Below, one piece after another: positions 1 to 8,743 of a stretch of DNA of 32,000 nt (position 1 is the first letter of the stretch; every line of letters begins with the position of its first letter). The DNA lies in contig CP072208.2 of NCBI GenBank assembly GCA_015257795.3, positions 240,001-272,000 of the forward strand. The letters are read 5' to 3'. This DNA comes from Candidatus Nanogingivalaceae bacterium (GTDB lineage: Bacteria; Patescibacteriota; Saccharimonadia; Saccharimonadales; Saccharimonadaceae). Both the position numbers and the translations under genes were made by a program. Under the pieces are notes generated by a model. The model was given only the letters and a program-made list of their open reading frames with translations, did no database searches and was not told the origin of the DNA.

Positions 1-216
1 GAGCGTGCAAAAGTTCAATTTTTAGAGGTTTTTCCCGGTCGGCACGACGTTAAAGATTCTGAGCTTCGTTATTACAAAAAACGCGTTTCTTATAACCCCG
101 CTCTTGTTGAAATTGCTGAAATCCGCGATGGCGAGATTCGTTGTTTTAATTCCGATTCAATCGGTTCTTGGCGCACAGCGCAACGATATTCGTATAAAAA
201 AATTTTAATGCAATAA
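1..216 (+). CDS. 3' end of an unidentified protein-coding gene (partial, enters from the left edge)
   Basis: Frame 1 is open from base 1 to TAA at 214-216 (...FPGRHDVKDSELRYYKKRVSYNPALVEIAEIRDGEIRCFNSDSIGSWRTAQRYSYKKILMQ*). It is absent from the ORF track only because it has no Met. I recognise no family. Confidence 0.35.
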   Translation, partial: ERAKVQFLEVFPGRHDVKDSELRYYKKRVSYNPALVEIAEIRDGEIRCFNSDSIGSWRTAQRYSYKKILMQ

Positions 217-238
217 TTTTTTAGATATAAACCACCAA

Positions 239-293
239 ATTCTTAAAAAATTCTTAAAAAAGCCTTGCAAAATGATTGTGCTTGTGCTTTAAT
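239..293 (+). promoter_or_regulatory. Promoter of the pilin gene: -35 TTGCAA (265-270), 17-nt spacer, -10 TTTAAT (288-293), preceded by a tandem A-tract repeat (ttcttaaaaaa x2)
   Basis: Hexamers and spacing read directly. The A-rich tandem 11-mer at about 239-261 is in an UP-element-like position. A leader of about 65 nt ends in the SD GAAAGGTGG at 348-356. Confidence 0.5.
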
Positions 294-362
294 GGTTGCA
301 TACGGACAGACCGTAAATAAAAATACTAATAATAATTGTTCATTAGAAAGGTGGAATTTCAT

Positions 363-845
363 ATGAACCTAATCAACAAAAACAATAAAAAAGGTTTCAC
401 AATCATCGAAGTTGTGCTTGTGCTTGCCATTGCAGGTCTTATCTTCTTGATGGTGTTCTTGGCATTGCCAGCATTGCAACGATCACAACGTGATACACAA
501 CGAAAGAACGACGCTTCACGCTTGCGCGCAGCCGTAACAGACTATAGCTCAAACAACCGAGGAGCATTGCCTTGGACTGCTGCAGGAGATATCGCAGATG
601 ATTCAGCATTCCTAAAAAACTATGTTTTGAAAGGATCGAGCTTCAATGACCCTTCAACAAATGCTCAATACAAGGTTAAAGCAAAGGATACTAATAATAC
701 AGCATCAATGAGTGACACTGCTATTGGAACTATGTATGTAGCTGCAAAGGCTGCTTGTGATAGTGACGGTGCTATAAAAGCTGGTAACTCAATCGTTGTA
801 TCAGTTAAAACTGAAAGCGGTGTTGCTAACTGCGTAGAAGGATAA
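363..845 (+). CDS. Type IV pilin / pseudopilin with a class III (prepilin peptidase) signal
   Basis: MNLINKNNKKG|FTIIEVVLVLAIAGLIFL has the G/FTxxE motif with Glu at +5 and a hydrophobic helix. A strong SD lies 6 nt upstream of ATG 363. The track's TTG at 336 is rejected. Two Cys near the C-terminus could form a pilin D-region-like disulfide. Confidence 0.85.
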   Translation: MNLINKNNKKGFTIIEVVLVLAIAGLIFLMVFLALPALQRSQRDTQRKNDASRLRAAVTDYSSNNRGALPWTAAGDIADDSAFLKNYVLKGSSFNDPSTNAQYKVKAKDTNNTASMSDTAIGTMYVAAKAACDSDGAIKAGNSIVVSVKTESGVANCVEG

Positions 846-873
846 TCAAATCTTTCTAAACCAATCAATAAAA

Positions 874-903
874 ATAACTCTCGTGATGAGAGTTATTTTT
901 TTA
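874..903. terminator. Bidirectional rho-independent terminator between convergent genes
   Basis: ATAACTCTC (874-882) / loop gtgat / GAGAGTTAT (888-896), followed by a T-run on + and preceded by an A-run (a T-run on the minus strand). Confidence 0.7.
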
Positions 904-912
904 GTTTCGTTT

Positions 913-1545
913 TTATTTATAGGTAGTTAGCTTTAGTTTTTTATCTACATATTCACCTAGGAATACATCGCTATACTTGTCTACTCCTTGTTTTTTAAGC
1001 TCAGCAAGAAGCCATTTTTCATCTTTTCCGATCAATTTAAGAATATCATTTTGTAGTTGACCATCTGTAATGATAGGAAATTTTGGATTTTCTTCACCAG
1101 AGTGAATTATAATTAGCTGTCCATCTTGTTCAACAATAGCTCTTTTTATTCCGTCTGACGAAAAAATACCGTTAGTTCGTAATTTAAAAGCCACATCGTG
1201 AGCAGATAAACCTGCTTTTTTGCAGTTTTCGATGTTTATCTTACCTTCATTAATAATGGTTAAGGCTTTGCCATCTATTAGTTGTTTGGCGGTTACATTA
1301 TTTTTCTTTATCCATTTTAGAGATAGTACAAGGGCGCACCAAATACATAAAATAGCAACAAATTCGAGAATCGTGATGTTATTATTATAGATTACTCCTC
1401 CGATTATTCCACCGAGAACATAATTTATAATCTGGTCGCTAGCCGATGATGGCGCTAGGTTGCCTTTTCCTGTTATATTTATAATTAGCGTCAATGCTAG
1501 AAAGCCAATTATTAGTTTAATGGTTAATAGTAAAAACAAGTCCAT
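913..1545 (-). CDS. DUF421 (YetF/YdfS-like) membrane protein
   Basis: N-terminal TM helices followed by a soluble region (QLIDGKALTIINEGKINIENCKKAGLSAHDVAFKLRTNGIFSSDGIKRAIVEQDGQLIII) typical of the YetF/DUF421 family. SD AGAGAGGA lies upstream. Confidence 0.75.
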   Translation of the reverse strand: MDLFLLLTIKLIIGFLALTLIINITGKGNLAPSSASDQIINYVLGGIIGGVIYNNNITILEFVAILCIWCALVLSLKWIKKNNVTAKQLIDGKALTIINEGKINIENCKKAGLSAHDVAFKLRTNGIFSSDGIKRAIVEQDGQLIIIHSGEENPKFPIITDGQLQNDILKLIGKDEKWLLAELKKQGVDKYSDVFLGEYVDKKLKLTTYK

Positions 1546-1581
1546 TTTTTTCCTCTCTTTATTAGCTGTAGGTCTATTATA

Positions 1582-2898
1582 TTATTTTTTGAGCTTTAAT
1601 ACGATCAGGTTTTCAATGTGCGGTGTTCGTGGAAAAAAGTTATATCCACGCGCATAAGTTATCTCGTATTTTTTGCTCAAAATTGCCACGTCACGCGCTT
1701 GTGTGGTTGGGTTGCAACTTAGGTAAATTACTTTTTCTGGCTCAATTTCGAGAATTTTCTCACAAACTTCGCGATTCATTCCGGCTCTTGGTGGGTCAAC
1801 AATTAGGTTTGAACCTTTTTTGATAAACTCCAGCGCTTTTTCGCTTGGCGCCAAGATAGCTTTTGCGGTTTCTTCCCTATTTAGCTTTTTGATATTTTTT
1901 TGCATTTCATCCACTGCAAATTCATTGATTTCCACTAGGGTTAAATCGCCCGCGCCAATCGTAAGTCCAATTGAACCCACACCAGAATATAAGTCAACCG
2001 TTGGCTTTGATGTGTCGATGAATTTTTGCATATCGCGCAAAGCTTGCTCATAAACCGGCAAATTGATTTGGAAAAAGCTTTCCGTTGCATAATTAAAGTC
2101 AATTCCTAGCACAGAATCTTGTAGTTTTTGATCTGTTGAGTTTTGAAGTCTTTCGGTAATCACGCTAGCTGGCGACTTTGGATTCGAAAAGATAATTTCG
2201 AAGTTTTTAAAGTTGAGTTTCGAAAGTTCTTGCTCGCTGAAAATTGTAAAGTTTTCATCTTTTACATAAAGCTGGGCTGAAATTTCACCCCTTTGACTGG
2301 CGCGAATTAACAAAGTTTTTAAATCTCGGCTTGGTGTTTTTCTTGTGCGTAAAATTTCAAGCACTTTTTGGCCAGCTTGATTGATTTCTGGCGTCGCCAA
2401 ACTCGTGCCTTTTACTGGGATTTTTCCCTTTCCACCCCGTCTAAAAAACGCCAAATTTAATTCGCCGTCATTTTCATCTTGTTCAGATTTTTCCCACCAA
2501 AATGAAAATTCTACCTTGTTGCGGTATTTAAAAATTTTTCCGTCAGAATAAAATTCTTCTTGATTTTTTAATTCAATTTTTTCTTGGCGGAAGCTTTCAA
2601 GGATTAGCTCTTGCTTGGTTTTTTGCTCAAAATCAAAATTAAAAATCTGCCACGGACTGGTTGAAAGAAAACTTTCGCTATCTTTTGGTTCAATTCTTTC
2701 GGCCGATTTTTCGAAAATTTCAACCGCAAAACCTTCGGCAAAACTTGATTTATTTTTGGTGATTTGAATTTTGGCGGTCTCACCCGGCAAAACACCCCAC
2801 GCAAAAATTTTTTTGCCCGATTCGAGCGTTCCCAAGGCTTGTCCGCCAGGGGTAATTTTATCAAACTTAACTGTTTCAAACTTAATTTTTCGTGCCAT
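1582..2898 (-). CDS. 23S rRNA (uracil-C5)-methyltransferase, RumA/RlmD/RlmCD (TrmA) family with an N-terminal TRAM domain
   Basis: TRAM-like N-terminus, SAM motif VDLYSGVGSIGL, DPPRAG, and the catalytic-Cys motif YLSCNPTTQARD. It lacks the four-Cys Fe-S cluster of E. coli RumA, as in Gram-positive RlmCD. It is translationally coupled to the upstream gene (GGAG, 2-nt gap). Confidence 0.85.
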   Translation of the reverse strand: MARKIKFETVKFDKITPGGQALGTLESGKKIFAWGVLPGETAKIQITKNKSSFAEGFAVEIFEKSAERIEPKDSESFLSTSPWQIFNFDFEQKTKQELILESFRQEKIELKNQEEFYSDGKIFKYRNKVEFSFWWEKSEQDENDGELNLAFFRRGGKGKIPVKGTSLATPEINQAGQKVLEILRTRKTPSRDLKTLLIRASQRGEISAQLYVKDENFTIFSEQELSKLNFKNFEIIFSNPKSPASVITERLQNSTDQKLQDSVLGIDFNYATESFFQINLPVYEQALRDMQKFIDTSKPTVDLYSGVGSIGLTIGAGDLTLVEINEFAVDEMQKNIKKLNREETAKAILAPSEKALEFIKKGSNLIVDPPRAGMNREVCEKILEIEPEKVIYLSCNPTTQARDVAILSKKYEITYARGYNFFPRTPHIENLIVLKLKK

Positions 2899-2900
2899 AA

Positions 2901-3641
2901 TTACTCCATTCTATCAAAATTTTTATTAAATTGCCAGATTTCAATCCAATCTTCACCCTTTAATTCGCTTGGTTTTTTGGTTTTAAATTTCAAGCTACAA
3001 TGTTTTTTGTAAAATTCTGGAGTGGCGAACATTTTGTCAATAAAATCGTTAAAAATTGGCTGTTCTTCTTTCGAAATTAGCGGAGTTTCTCGCCGTTTCA
3101 TCTCAAAAAATACAGTTTCAACGGCTGGGGGTGGCGTGAAGTCAGTCTTACGGAGTGGTTTCTTTATTTTATTTTCGAAAAAAGGAAAAGTTTTTGCGCC
3201 TAAGGCTGAAGTGAAATTTTGTTCACCGGCTATTAGCTTACGCGCGAATTGTTTTTGTAGAATTAAATAAATACTTTTGGGTGAATTTTGGGCATTTACG
3301 AGTTTTTGAATGATAGGCGAGCTTAAATGAAACGGAATATTCGCACAAACTTTATAGTTTTGAGGCGATTTTGAGAGGTTGAAGTGTAAGAAGTCTGCAC
3401 GCAAAACCTCAACATTTTCAAGGTTTTTGGTGTTATTTTTTAATTTTTTGAAAGTTTCACTATCAAACTCAATTGCTAAAACTTGCGCAGATTTCTTACT
3501 GAGAGCAAAAGTAAAAACACCGCTTCCAGCGCCAATATCTAGCGTAAAATCGCGTTTTCGAATATTGCTATGCCCAACGAGCATTAGCGCGATTCGTGGC
3601 GAACGCAAGAAATTTTGTGAAATGCGGTGTTTTCTAGCCAT
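2901..3641 (-). CDS. rRNA adenine N6-(di)methyltransferase of the Erm/KsgA family, Erm-like in length and termini
   Basis: N-terminal SQNFL, SAM motif DIGAGSG, motif IV NIPFHLSSPI, and FTPPPAVETV. It is 246 aa with a C-terminal domain laid out like ErmC. The start codon abuts the permease stop at 3642. Confidence 0.8.
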   Translation of the reverse strand: MARKHRISQNFLRSPRIALMLVGHSNIRKRDFTLDIGAGSGVFTFALSKKSAQVLAIEFDSETFKKLKNNTKNLENVEVLRADFLHFNLSKSPQNYKVCANIPFHLSSPIIQKLVNAQNSPKSIYLILQKQFARKLIAGEQNFTSALGAKTFPFFENKIKKPLRKTDFTPPPAVETVFFEMKRRETPLISKEEQPIFNDFIDKMFATPEFYKKHCSLKFKTKKPSELKGEDWIEIWQFNKNFDRME

Positions 3642-4919
3642 TTATTCGTATCTCAAAGCTTCAATCGGGTCTTTTTTACTTGCACTTCGTGATGGTAAAG
3701 CACCAGCCAAAAAGGCCACAATGGCGATAGCTATAGTTATAATTGTATTATTTTGCAGTGTGAATTTAGTTAACATAAATCCGTCCATTCCCTTTAAGAA
3801 ACTTTCTGTTGCGACATGGTTAAGGGCGTTTCCTGCGCCTTGGGCGAGTAGAATTCCTAAAATCGAACCAAGGACGCCAATTAAAATTGCTTCAATGCTA
3901 AACAATTGAAAGATTTTTCCGTTTGAGAGCCCCATTGCTTTCATTAAGCCGATTTCACGAGTTCGCTCACGCACGCTCATATAAAGCGTGTTGATAATTC
4001 CAAAACTAGCTGCAAGAAGGGCAATTGCACCAAATACAATCAATGAACCAGTAATCCCATTGACTACGTTCATAATTGTTTCGACTTGATCTTTAGCTGT
4101 GCTTGCTGAATAGCCTGCTTTTTCAGCATCTTTTTTAATTTGGTCTAGTTTTTCTTTAGAAACTTCACCGTTAACTTGTGCTAAAACTACAAAACTACTA
4201 TCTTTAACTTCTTTTGGTGTGCTTTTAGATTGAAATGCGTAAAAATCATCATAGCTTGGGCGACTAACCGTAACCATTGCAGATTGAATCAAGCTTTTAG
4301 CTGTTACACCCGTAATTTTTTGAGTAAAGATTTTTTTCTCGCCTGTTAAAGTGTCCGCGATTTGAATGTTAAGTTCTTTACCGATTGCGCTTTGAGCGTC
4401 TTTAAAGCCCATAGGCTCAAGGTAATCTTGCGAAATCGTAATCTCGCCACGATTTACTGCTTTTTTACCCGCTAAGAAATCAAAGTTATACTTTTGGCCG
4501 TCCGCTTCAACGATAACTGTTGTGATTGTGAGTTTTTTGCCATCTTTATATTGAACGTAGTCAGGAGTTATAAAGTCATATAAAGCTGCTTTTTTAACGT
4601 TAGGAATTTTGTTGATTTTCTCGACATCTTTTAAATTTAAAGTTGCTTGCGAAAATCTTGGATTAACTTGTTTGCTTCCATCTTTATATTCTTTTGGGCC
4701 AAAGGTAGTAGCTTCTTGTTTTGGATTAAAATAAAGTATTGAATCTTCACTAAAAACCGAAAGCTGGCGTTGAATATAATCGTTTACACCCATATTTACC
4801 GCAGAAGTTAATGCAATTGTAAATGAACCGATACAAACGGCAATAATCGTTAAAAAGGTGCGACCCTTATTCCGCCACAAATTTGAAGCTGAAGTTCCAA
4901 TCATATCTAAAAATTTCAT
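3642..4919 (-). CDS. ABC transporter permease, FtsX/MacB-type (4 TM with a large extracytoplasmic domain)
   Basis: It starts MKFLDMIGTSASNLWRNKGRTFLTIIAV, typical of MacB/FtsX permeases. ATG 4919-4917 overlaps the ATPase stop (TAATG) and GGAG lies at 4930-4927. The C-terminal FtsX domain includes REIGLMKAMG. Confidence 0.85.
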   Translation of the reverse strand: MKFLDMIGTSASNLWRNKGRTFLTIIAVCIGSFTIALTSAVNMGVNDYIQRQLSVFSEDSILYFNPKQEATTFGPKEYKDGSKQVNPRFSQATLNLKDVEKINKIPNVKKAALYDFITPDYVQYKDGKKLTITTVIVEADGQKYNFDFLAGKKAVNRGEITISQDYLEPMGFKDAQSAIGKELNIQIADTLTGEKKIFTQKITGVTAKSLIQSAMVTVSRPSYDDFYAFQSKSTPKEVKDSSFVVLAQVNGEVSKEKLDQIKKDAEKAGYSASTAKDQVETIMNVVNGITGSLIVFGAIALLAASFGIINTLYMSVRERTREIGLMKAMGLSNGKIFQLFSIEAILIGVLGSILGILLAQGAGNALNHVATESFLKGMDGFMLTKFTLQNNTIITIAIAIVAFLAGALPSRSASKKDPIEALRYE

Positions 4920-5611
4920 TAGTTTTCTCCTTTCGAAATAATTTGACCATCTTGAATTCGAATTTGGCGATCGCATTTTTGCGCTAAAGCTTCATCGTGT
5001 GTAACAATCACTAAAGTAATTCCCTTTTCTCTGTTTAAGCCAAAAAGTAAATCTTCAACTTTTGCGCTTGTTTTTGAATCGAGGTTTCCGGTTGGCTCAT
5101 CTGCAAAAATAATTTTTGGCGAGTTCACGATTGCTCGCGCCACGCAAACGCGTTGTTTTTGCCCACCAGAAAGATTCGAAGCTTTATTTTTAGCTTTGTC
5201 GGTTAACTCAACTGCTTCGAGAGCCTTTAACGCGATTTCTTTGCGCTTTCTTGAGCTAATTCCGGCAATTTTTAGTGGCAAAATTACATTTTGTAAAACT
5301 GTATCCTTTGGATTCATAAAGAATTGTTGAAAAACAAAGCCAAAAGTTTGGTTTCGAAGTTTGTTTAAATTGCGTTTTTTCATTTTAGCGATATTTTGTC
5401 CATCAATAAAAACTTCGCCTTCATTCGGTTTATCGAGTGCTGCTAAAAGGTGCATTAAAGTTGATTTTCCACTACCGGATTTTCCGATAATTGCTACACT
5501 TTCACCTTGATTAATACTGAACGAAACACCATTTAATGCTTTAAAAAATGTGTTTCCATCACGATAAACTTTTACAAGATTTTTAACTTCTATAATCTTT
5601 TCTTTATCCAT
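4919..5611 (-). CDS. ABC transporter ATP-binding protein (MacB/LolD-type)
   Basis: Walker A GKSGSGKST, Q-loop, signature LSGGQKQRV, Walker B IIFADEPTGNLD and H-loop VTHD. SD AAGAAAGGA lies upstream. Confidence 0.9.
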   Translation of the reverse strand: MDKEKIIEVKNLVKVYRDGNTFFKALNGVSFSINQGESVAIIGKSGSGKSTLMHLLAALDKPNEGEVFIDGQNIAKMKKRNLNKLRNQTFGFVFQQFFMNPKDTVLQNVILPLKIAGISSRKRKEIALKALEAVELTDKAKNKASNLSGGQKQRVCVARAIVNSPKIIFADEPTGNLDSKTSAKVEDLLFGLNREKGITLVIVTHDEALAQKCDRQIRIQDGQIISKGEN

Positions 5612-5673
5612 TTCTGTCCTTTCTTCTTGAATACAATTCTATAACAATCGTTTTTCGTTAAATATTTGCAAAA

Positions 5674-8472
5674 TTAGTGCTCAATTTTTAAATTGTTCTC
5701 ACTTTCTTGTTTGTTGCGTGGTTGTGGCTTAACGCTTTTTGTTCGTGGTTTTCGGCGTCTTTTTGAAGCTTGCGGAATTTCAATTCCTTTTTCTGCAAAT
5801 GCTTTCGATAAATCTTTCAAGCCTAAACTTGGTTCTTTTTGCTCGGCAGAATTTGGACTGATTTTTTTAGCGTCAATTGGTGCTTGTGAGAAATCAACCT
5901 TTGTTGCGCCAAGCATTGGCTGGGCTGGTGCGAAATTTTGTGGATTCGCTGCCGGTTTTCGATTCTGAGGATTTTGTTTTCGAATCCCCTGATTTTTTAC
6001 TGGCGCAAACACGTTTTCTTCAACTTTTTTCGAAAATTCTACACCGTTGCGTTCAGCCCAGGCTTTTGTCATTAGTTCTTTTGGCGGAACTAAAATATCA
6101 CGAATTCGTTGTTCGATAACGGCGCGCGGTGTGCTGTAATTTCGGCGAGTGTTTTCGATAATTTTTGCACTCAAATCATTGAAAGGTTTCGGCAAAGTTA
6201 AAGTTGTCGCACTAAATGGCGTTGATTTTTCACCATTAATGATCATCGTCATCACGAAGTGGCGGTTATTCAAGCTCATTAAGTCTGAAGCGTCGAACTG
6301 TGGTTTAAATTGTTCAGCTAAAATTGGTGCGTCTTCAACTGAAACGCGGAATGAGATAATCGAGCCAACGTTTCCAAAAACCGCATTTTTAACGCTGTCG
6401 GTCATTTGTGAAACATATTGGTTAGCAACGGTTAGCGTCAAGCCATATTTTCGAATTTCTGAAAGAATCACCGCGAAAGAATCGGTGGCGAAGTTTTGGA
6501 ACTCGTCAACGTAAAGATGGAATGGTCGGCGATCTTCAAGCCGTTCAATGTCGGCGCGCGATTGAGCTGCGAGTTGAATTTTTGTCACCAAGAAAGAACC
6601 AAGGACCGAGGCGTTGTCTTCACCAATCAAACCTTTCGAAAGATTCACAACCAAGATTTTACCTTCATCCATAATCTCACGAATATTAAAGGTTGATTTT
6701 GGCTGACCGATAATATTTCGAATGATAGGGTTGGCCGTGAAAGCTCCGACCTTGTTTAAGATCGGTGCGATAGCTTCGTTTACCTGCTTTTCACCCCATT
6801 GACCAAATTCCTTTTTCCAGAATTGTAGCACTGAATCATCTTTACAATAAGTTAGCGTTTCTTTTCGAAAATCACCATCAGTCAACATGCGTGAAATGTC
6901 GAGCATTGTTGTTTCTGGTCGATCAAGGAGTGCAAGAAGCGTGAAACGCAAAATATATTCAAGTCGTGGACCCCAAGAGTCACCAAACATACGTTTCAAA
7001 ACACCGATGACTTCGGAAGAAATGTTTGACTTTCGGCTTGGATCGGTGACTTCGAGCGGGTTGAATCCAAGTGGAAATTCAGTGTCGCTCGGGTTGAAAT
7101 AAATCACATCTTTTAGGCGATGTTCAGGAATAAAGCGCATATTGTTTTGCGCAAAATCGCCGTGCGGGTCAATAATTGCATAACCTTCACCGTGAAAAAT
7201 ATCTGAAAGCGCCAAAAGTTCAAGCGATCCAGATTTTCCGGTTCCCGTTTGACCAATAATATAAAGGTGGCGCGAACGGTCACGACGAAGCATTCCAAAC
7301 TGATGATTAATTCCGCGGAAGTTAGTTAAACCGAAAGCTGAAATATTTTCATCATGTGCGCGGTCGCCGTTCAAGATTGGTAGTTTTGAAGGTGGTTCAG
7401 CAGTTTTGCTCGAAGCCCAAACAATATTCGGTGTTTCCACGTTAGTGTGTGGTAAGTGCCAAATACTTGCGAGCTCCTGAATGTTTAAAATATAACCATC
7501 GTCAAAGAAGATTCGCGACTGAAAATCTCGAATTTTATCTTTATCGAGCGAAGAATTTGAAGATTTAAAACCATTTAGGTTTGTGCTGTTGAACTGTTTG
7601 AATGTTCCGGTTAAGGCTTGAATTTGAAGTCTTGCGGTGTTTTCATCTTCACCTAAATAAGCCAAGCGAATTTTAACCTGATAACCAAGTTTTGTGGCTT
7701 TTTCTTCGGCTTTCGAAATACGAGTTTTATCACGGTCGGATGGTTCACTTTTAGTGTCACCTGAACCTTCTGGCGGAGTCCAAAGAGCTTCAAATATTTT
7801 TAATATATATTCCCAATCTAGCTTAAAGCTTTTCTTTCCGGCTTTAACTTTCTTAACCCATTCATCTGATTTTTTATGCCATTCATCTGCAACCGGTCGC
7901 GCCAAAACTTGAATCCAAAGCTGGTCGTTTGTTCCGTCGAGTTTGGCAAGTGTTCCGGTGATTCCAGCTAGCGGGTCAACTTCAAAACCATCAAAAGTTT
8001 TGATTGGTAAGGCTTCATTTTCAATCAGATCGATTTCAGTAGAATAAATAACGTGTTTATTCTCAGAATTTGCCGTGTAATCCTCTTTTGCTTCATAAAT
8101 TTGGACTGTTGGATATTGTGAATAAATCTGCCCTTCAACAAAGCTTTGCAAAGTTCGTGGCATCCAAACATAAAAACGAATTGCACCGTTAACAGATACG
8201 ATTTCGAAACTTAAATGTTCTTGAACGCCGTTGTTATTTTTTAACTCAGTTGAATCACGCAAAATTCCGTGCAAACTGGCAAGGAGTTGTTCGGCGGCAA
8301 GTTCAGATTTATCATTCGTTTTTGGAATTTCAAGCGCCAAAAGAACACTGTCGGTGTTCATGACGTTGAGCTTATCGATTTTTTTGTAATTTTGCCAGGT
8401 TAGAAAAGCTAAAATCGCTACGATAGTTAGCCAGACAAAAGGGTTAAATAAGATTGAAAAAAATGCCATCAT
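5674..8472 (-). CDS. Type IV coupling-protein-like P-loop ATPase (TraD/TraG/VirD4-HerA superfamily) with one N-terminal TM helix and a basic low-complexity tail
   Basis: Walker A IIGQTGTGKSG, then AIIDPHGDF, Walker B HLYVDEFQNF, and LTVANQYVSQ...GNVGSIISFRV (TraG-D_C-like). The TM helix is MMAFFSILFNPFVWLTIVAILAFL. I chose the start at ATGATG 8472 because a promoter lies at 8482-8510, inside the longer track ORF. Confidence 0.7.
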   Translation of the reverse strand: MMAFFSILFNPFVWLTIVAILAFLTWQNYKKIDKLNVMNTDSVLLALEIPKTNDKSELAAEQLLASLHGILRDSTELKNNNGVQEHLSFEIVSVNGAIRFYVWMPRTLQSFVEGQIYSQYPTVQIYEAKEDYTANSENKHVIYSTEIDLIENEALPIKTFDGFEVDPLAGITGTLAKLDGTNDQLWIQVLARPVADEWHKKSDEWVKKVKAGKKSFKLDWEYILKIFEALWTPPEGSGDTKSEPSDRDKTRISKAEEKATKLGYQVKIRLAYLGEDENTARLQIQALTGTFKQFNSTNLNGFKSSNSSLDKDKIRDFQSRIFFDDGYILNIQELASIWHLPHTNVETPNIVWASSKTAEPPSKLPILNGDRAHDENISAFGLTNFRGINHQFGMLRRDRSRHLYIIGQTGTGKSGSLELLALSDIFHGEGYAIIDPHGDFAQNNMRFIPEHRLKDVIYFNPSDTEFPLGFNPLEVTDPSRKSNISSEVIGVLKRMFGDSWGPRLEYILRFTLLALLDRPETTMLDISRMLTDGDFRKETLTYCKDDSVLQFWKKEFGQWGEKQVNEAIAPILNKVGAFTANPIIRNIIGQPKSTFNIREIMDEGKILVVNLSKGLIGEDNASVLGSFLVTKIQLAAQSRADIERLEDRRPFHLYVDEFQNFATDSFAVILSEIRKYGLTLTVANQYVSQMTDSVKNAVFGNVGSIISFRVSVEDAPILAEQFKPQFDASDLMSLNNRHFVMTMIINGEKSTPFSATTLTLPKPFNDLSAKIIENTRRNYSTPRAVIEQRIRDILVPPKELMTKAWAERNGVEFSKKVEENVFAPVKNQGIRKQNPQNRKPAANPQNFAPAQPMLGATKVDFSQAPIDAKKISPNSAEQKEPSLGLKDLSKAFAEKGIEIPQASKRRRKPRTKSVKPQPRNKQESENNLKIEH

Positions 8473-8481
8473 AGTGTTTAA

Positions 8482-8510
8482 ATAATAGCATAAAACTGTA
8501 AAAAAATCAA
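8482..8510 (-). promoter_or_regulatory. Promoter: -35 TTGATT, 17-nt spacer, -10 TATTAT, 9 nt before ATG 8472 (leaderless or near-leaderless)
   Basis: The minus-strand reading is ttgatt-tttttacagttttatgc-tattat-ttaaacact-ATGATG. There is no SD. Confidence 0.5.
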
Positions 8511-8663
8511 GATGGCGGTTATGCTTCTTTCTGGTTTTCGAAAAAGAAAATCGCTCAAAATGGCGGCTTGACATATAGCAACTTAAAACAATAATTTCTT
8601 TTAGATAATATAGGCAAACTCATCAAAATATTTAGGAATACATAAAATATTCCGGCAGAAAAT

Positions 8664-8705
8664 AAAGAGGGCATCAAATGATATATTGCCCTCTTTTTAT
8701 TTTAT
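8664..8705 (-). terminator. Rho-independent terminator downstream of the RloC-like gene
   Basis: AAAGAGGGCA (8664-8673) / 13-nt loop / TGCCCTCTTT (8687-8696) with T-runs on both strands. Confidence 0.65.
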
Positions 8706-8743
8706 ACATCACTTTTAAAGTACTTATAATTTATAAATATTTA

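Noticed and set aside
278-424. A 14-nt exact repeat ttgtgcttgtgctt in the pilin promoter spacer (277-290) and again in the pilin signal-peptide coding region (411-424)
   Set aside because: The sequence is itself a short tandem (tgtgct x2), so a chance match is plausible. I can support no structure or function for it.
8473-8574. A longer N-terminus for the T4CP-like gene (MSSRHFERFSFSKTRKK...)
   Set aside because: A well-formed -35/-10 promoter lies inside this stretch. The sequence is basic junk preceding a natural TM-helix N-terminus at ATGATG 8472.
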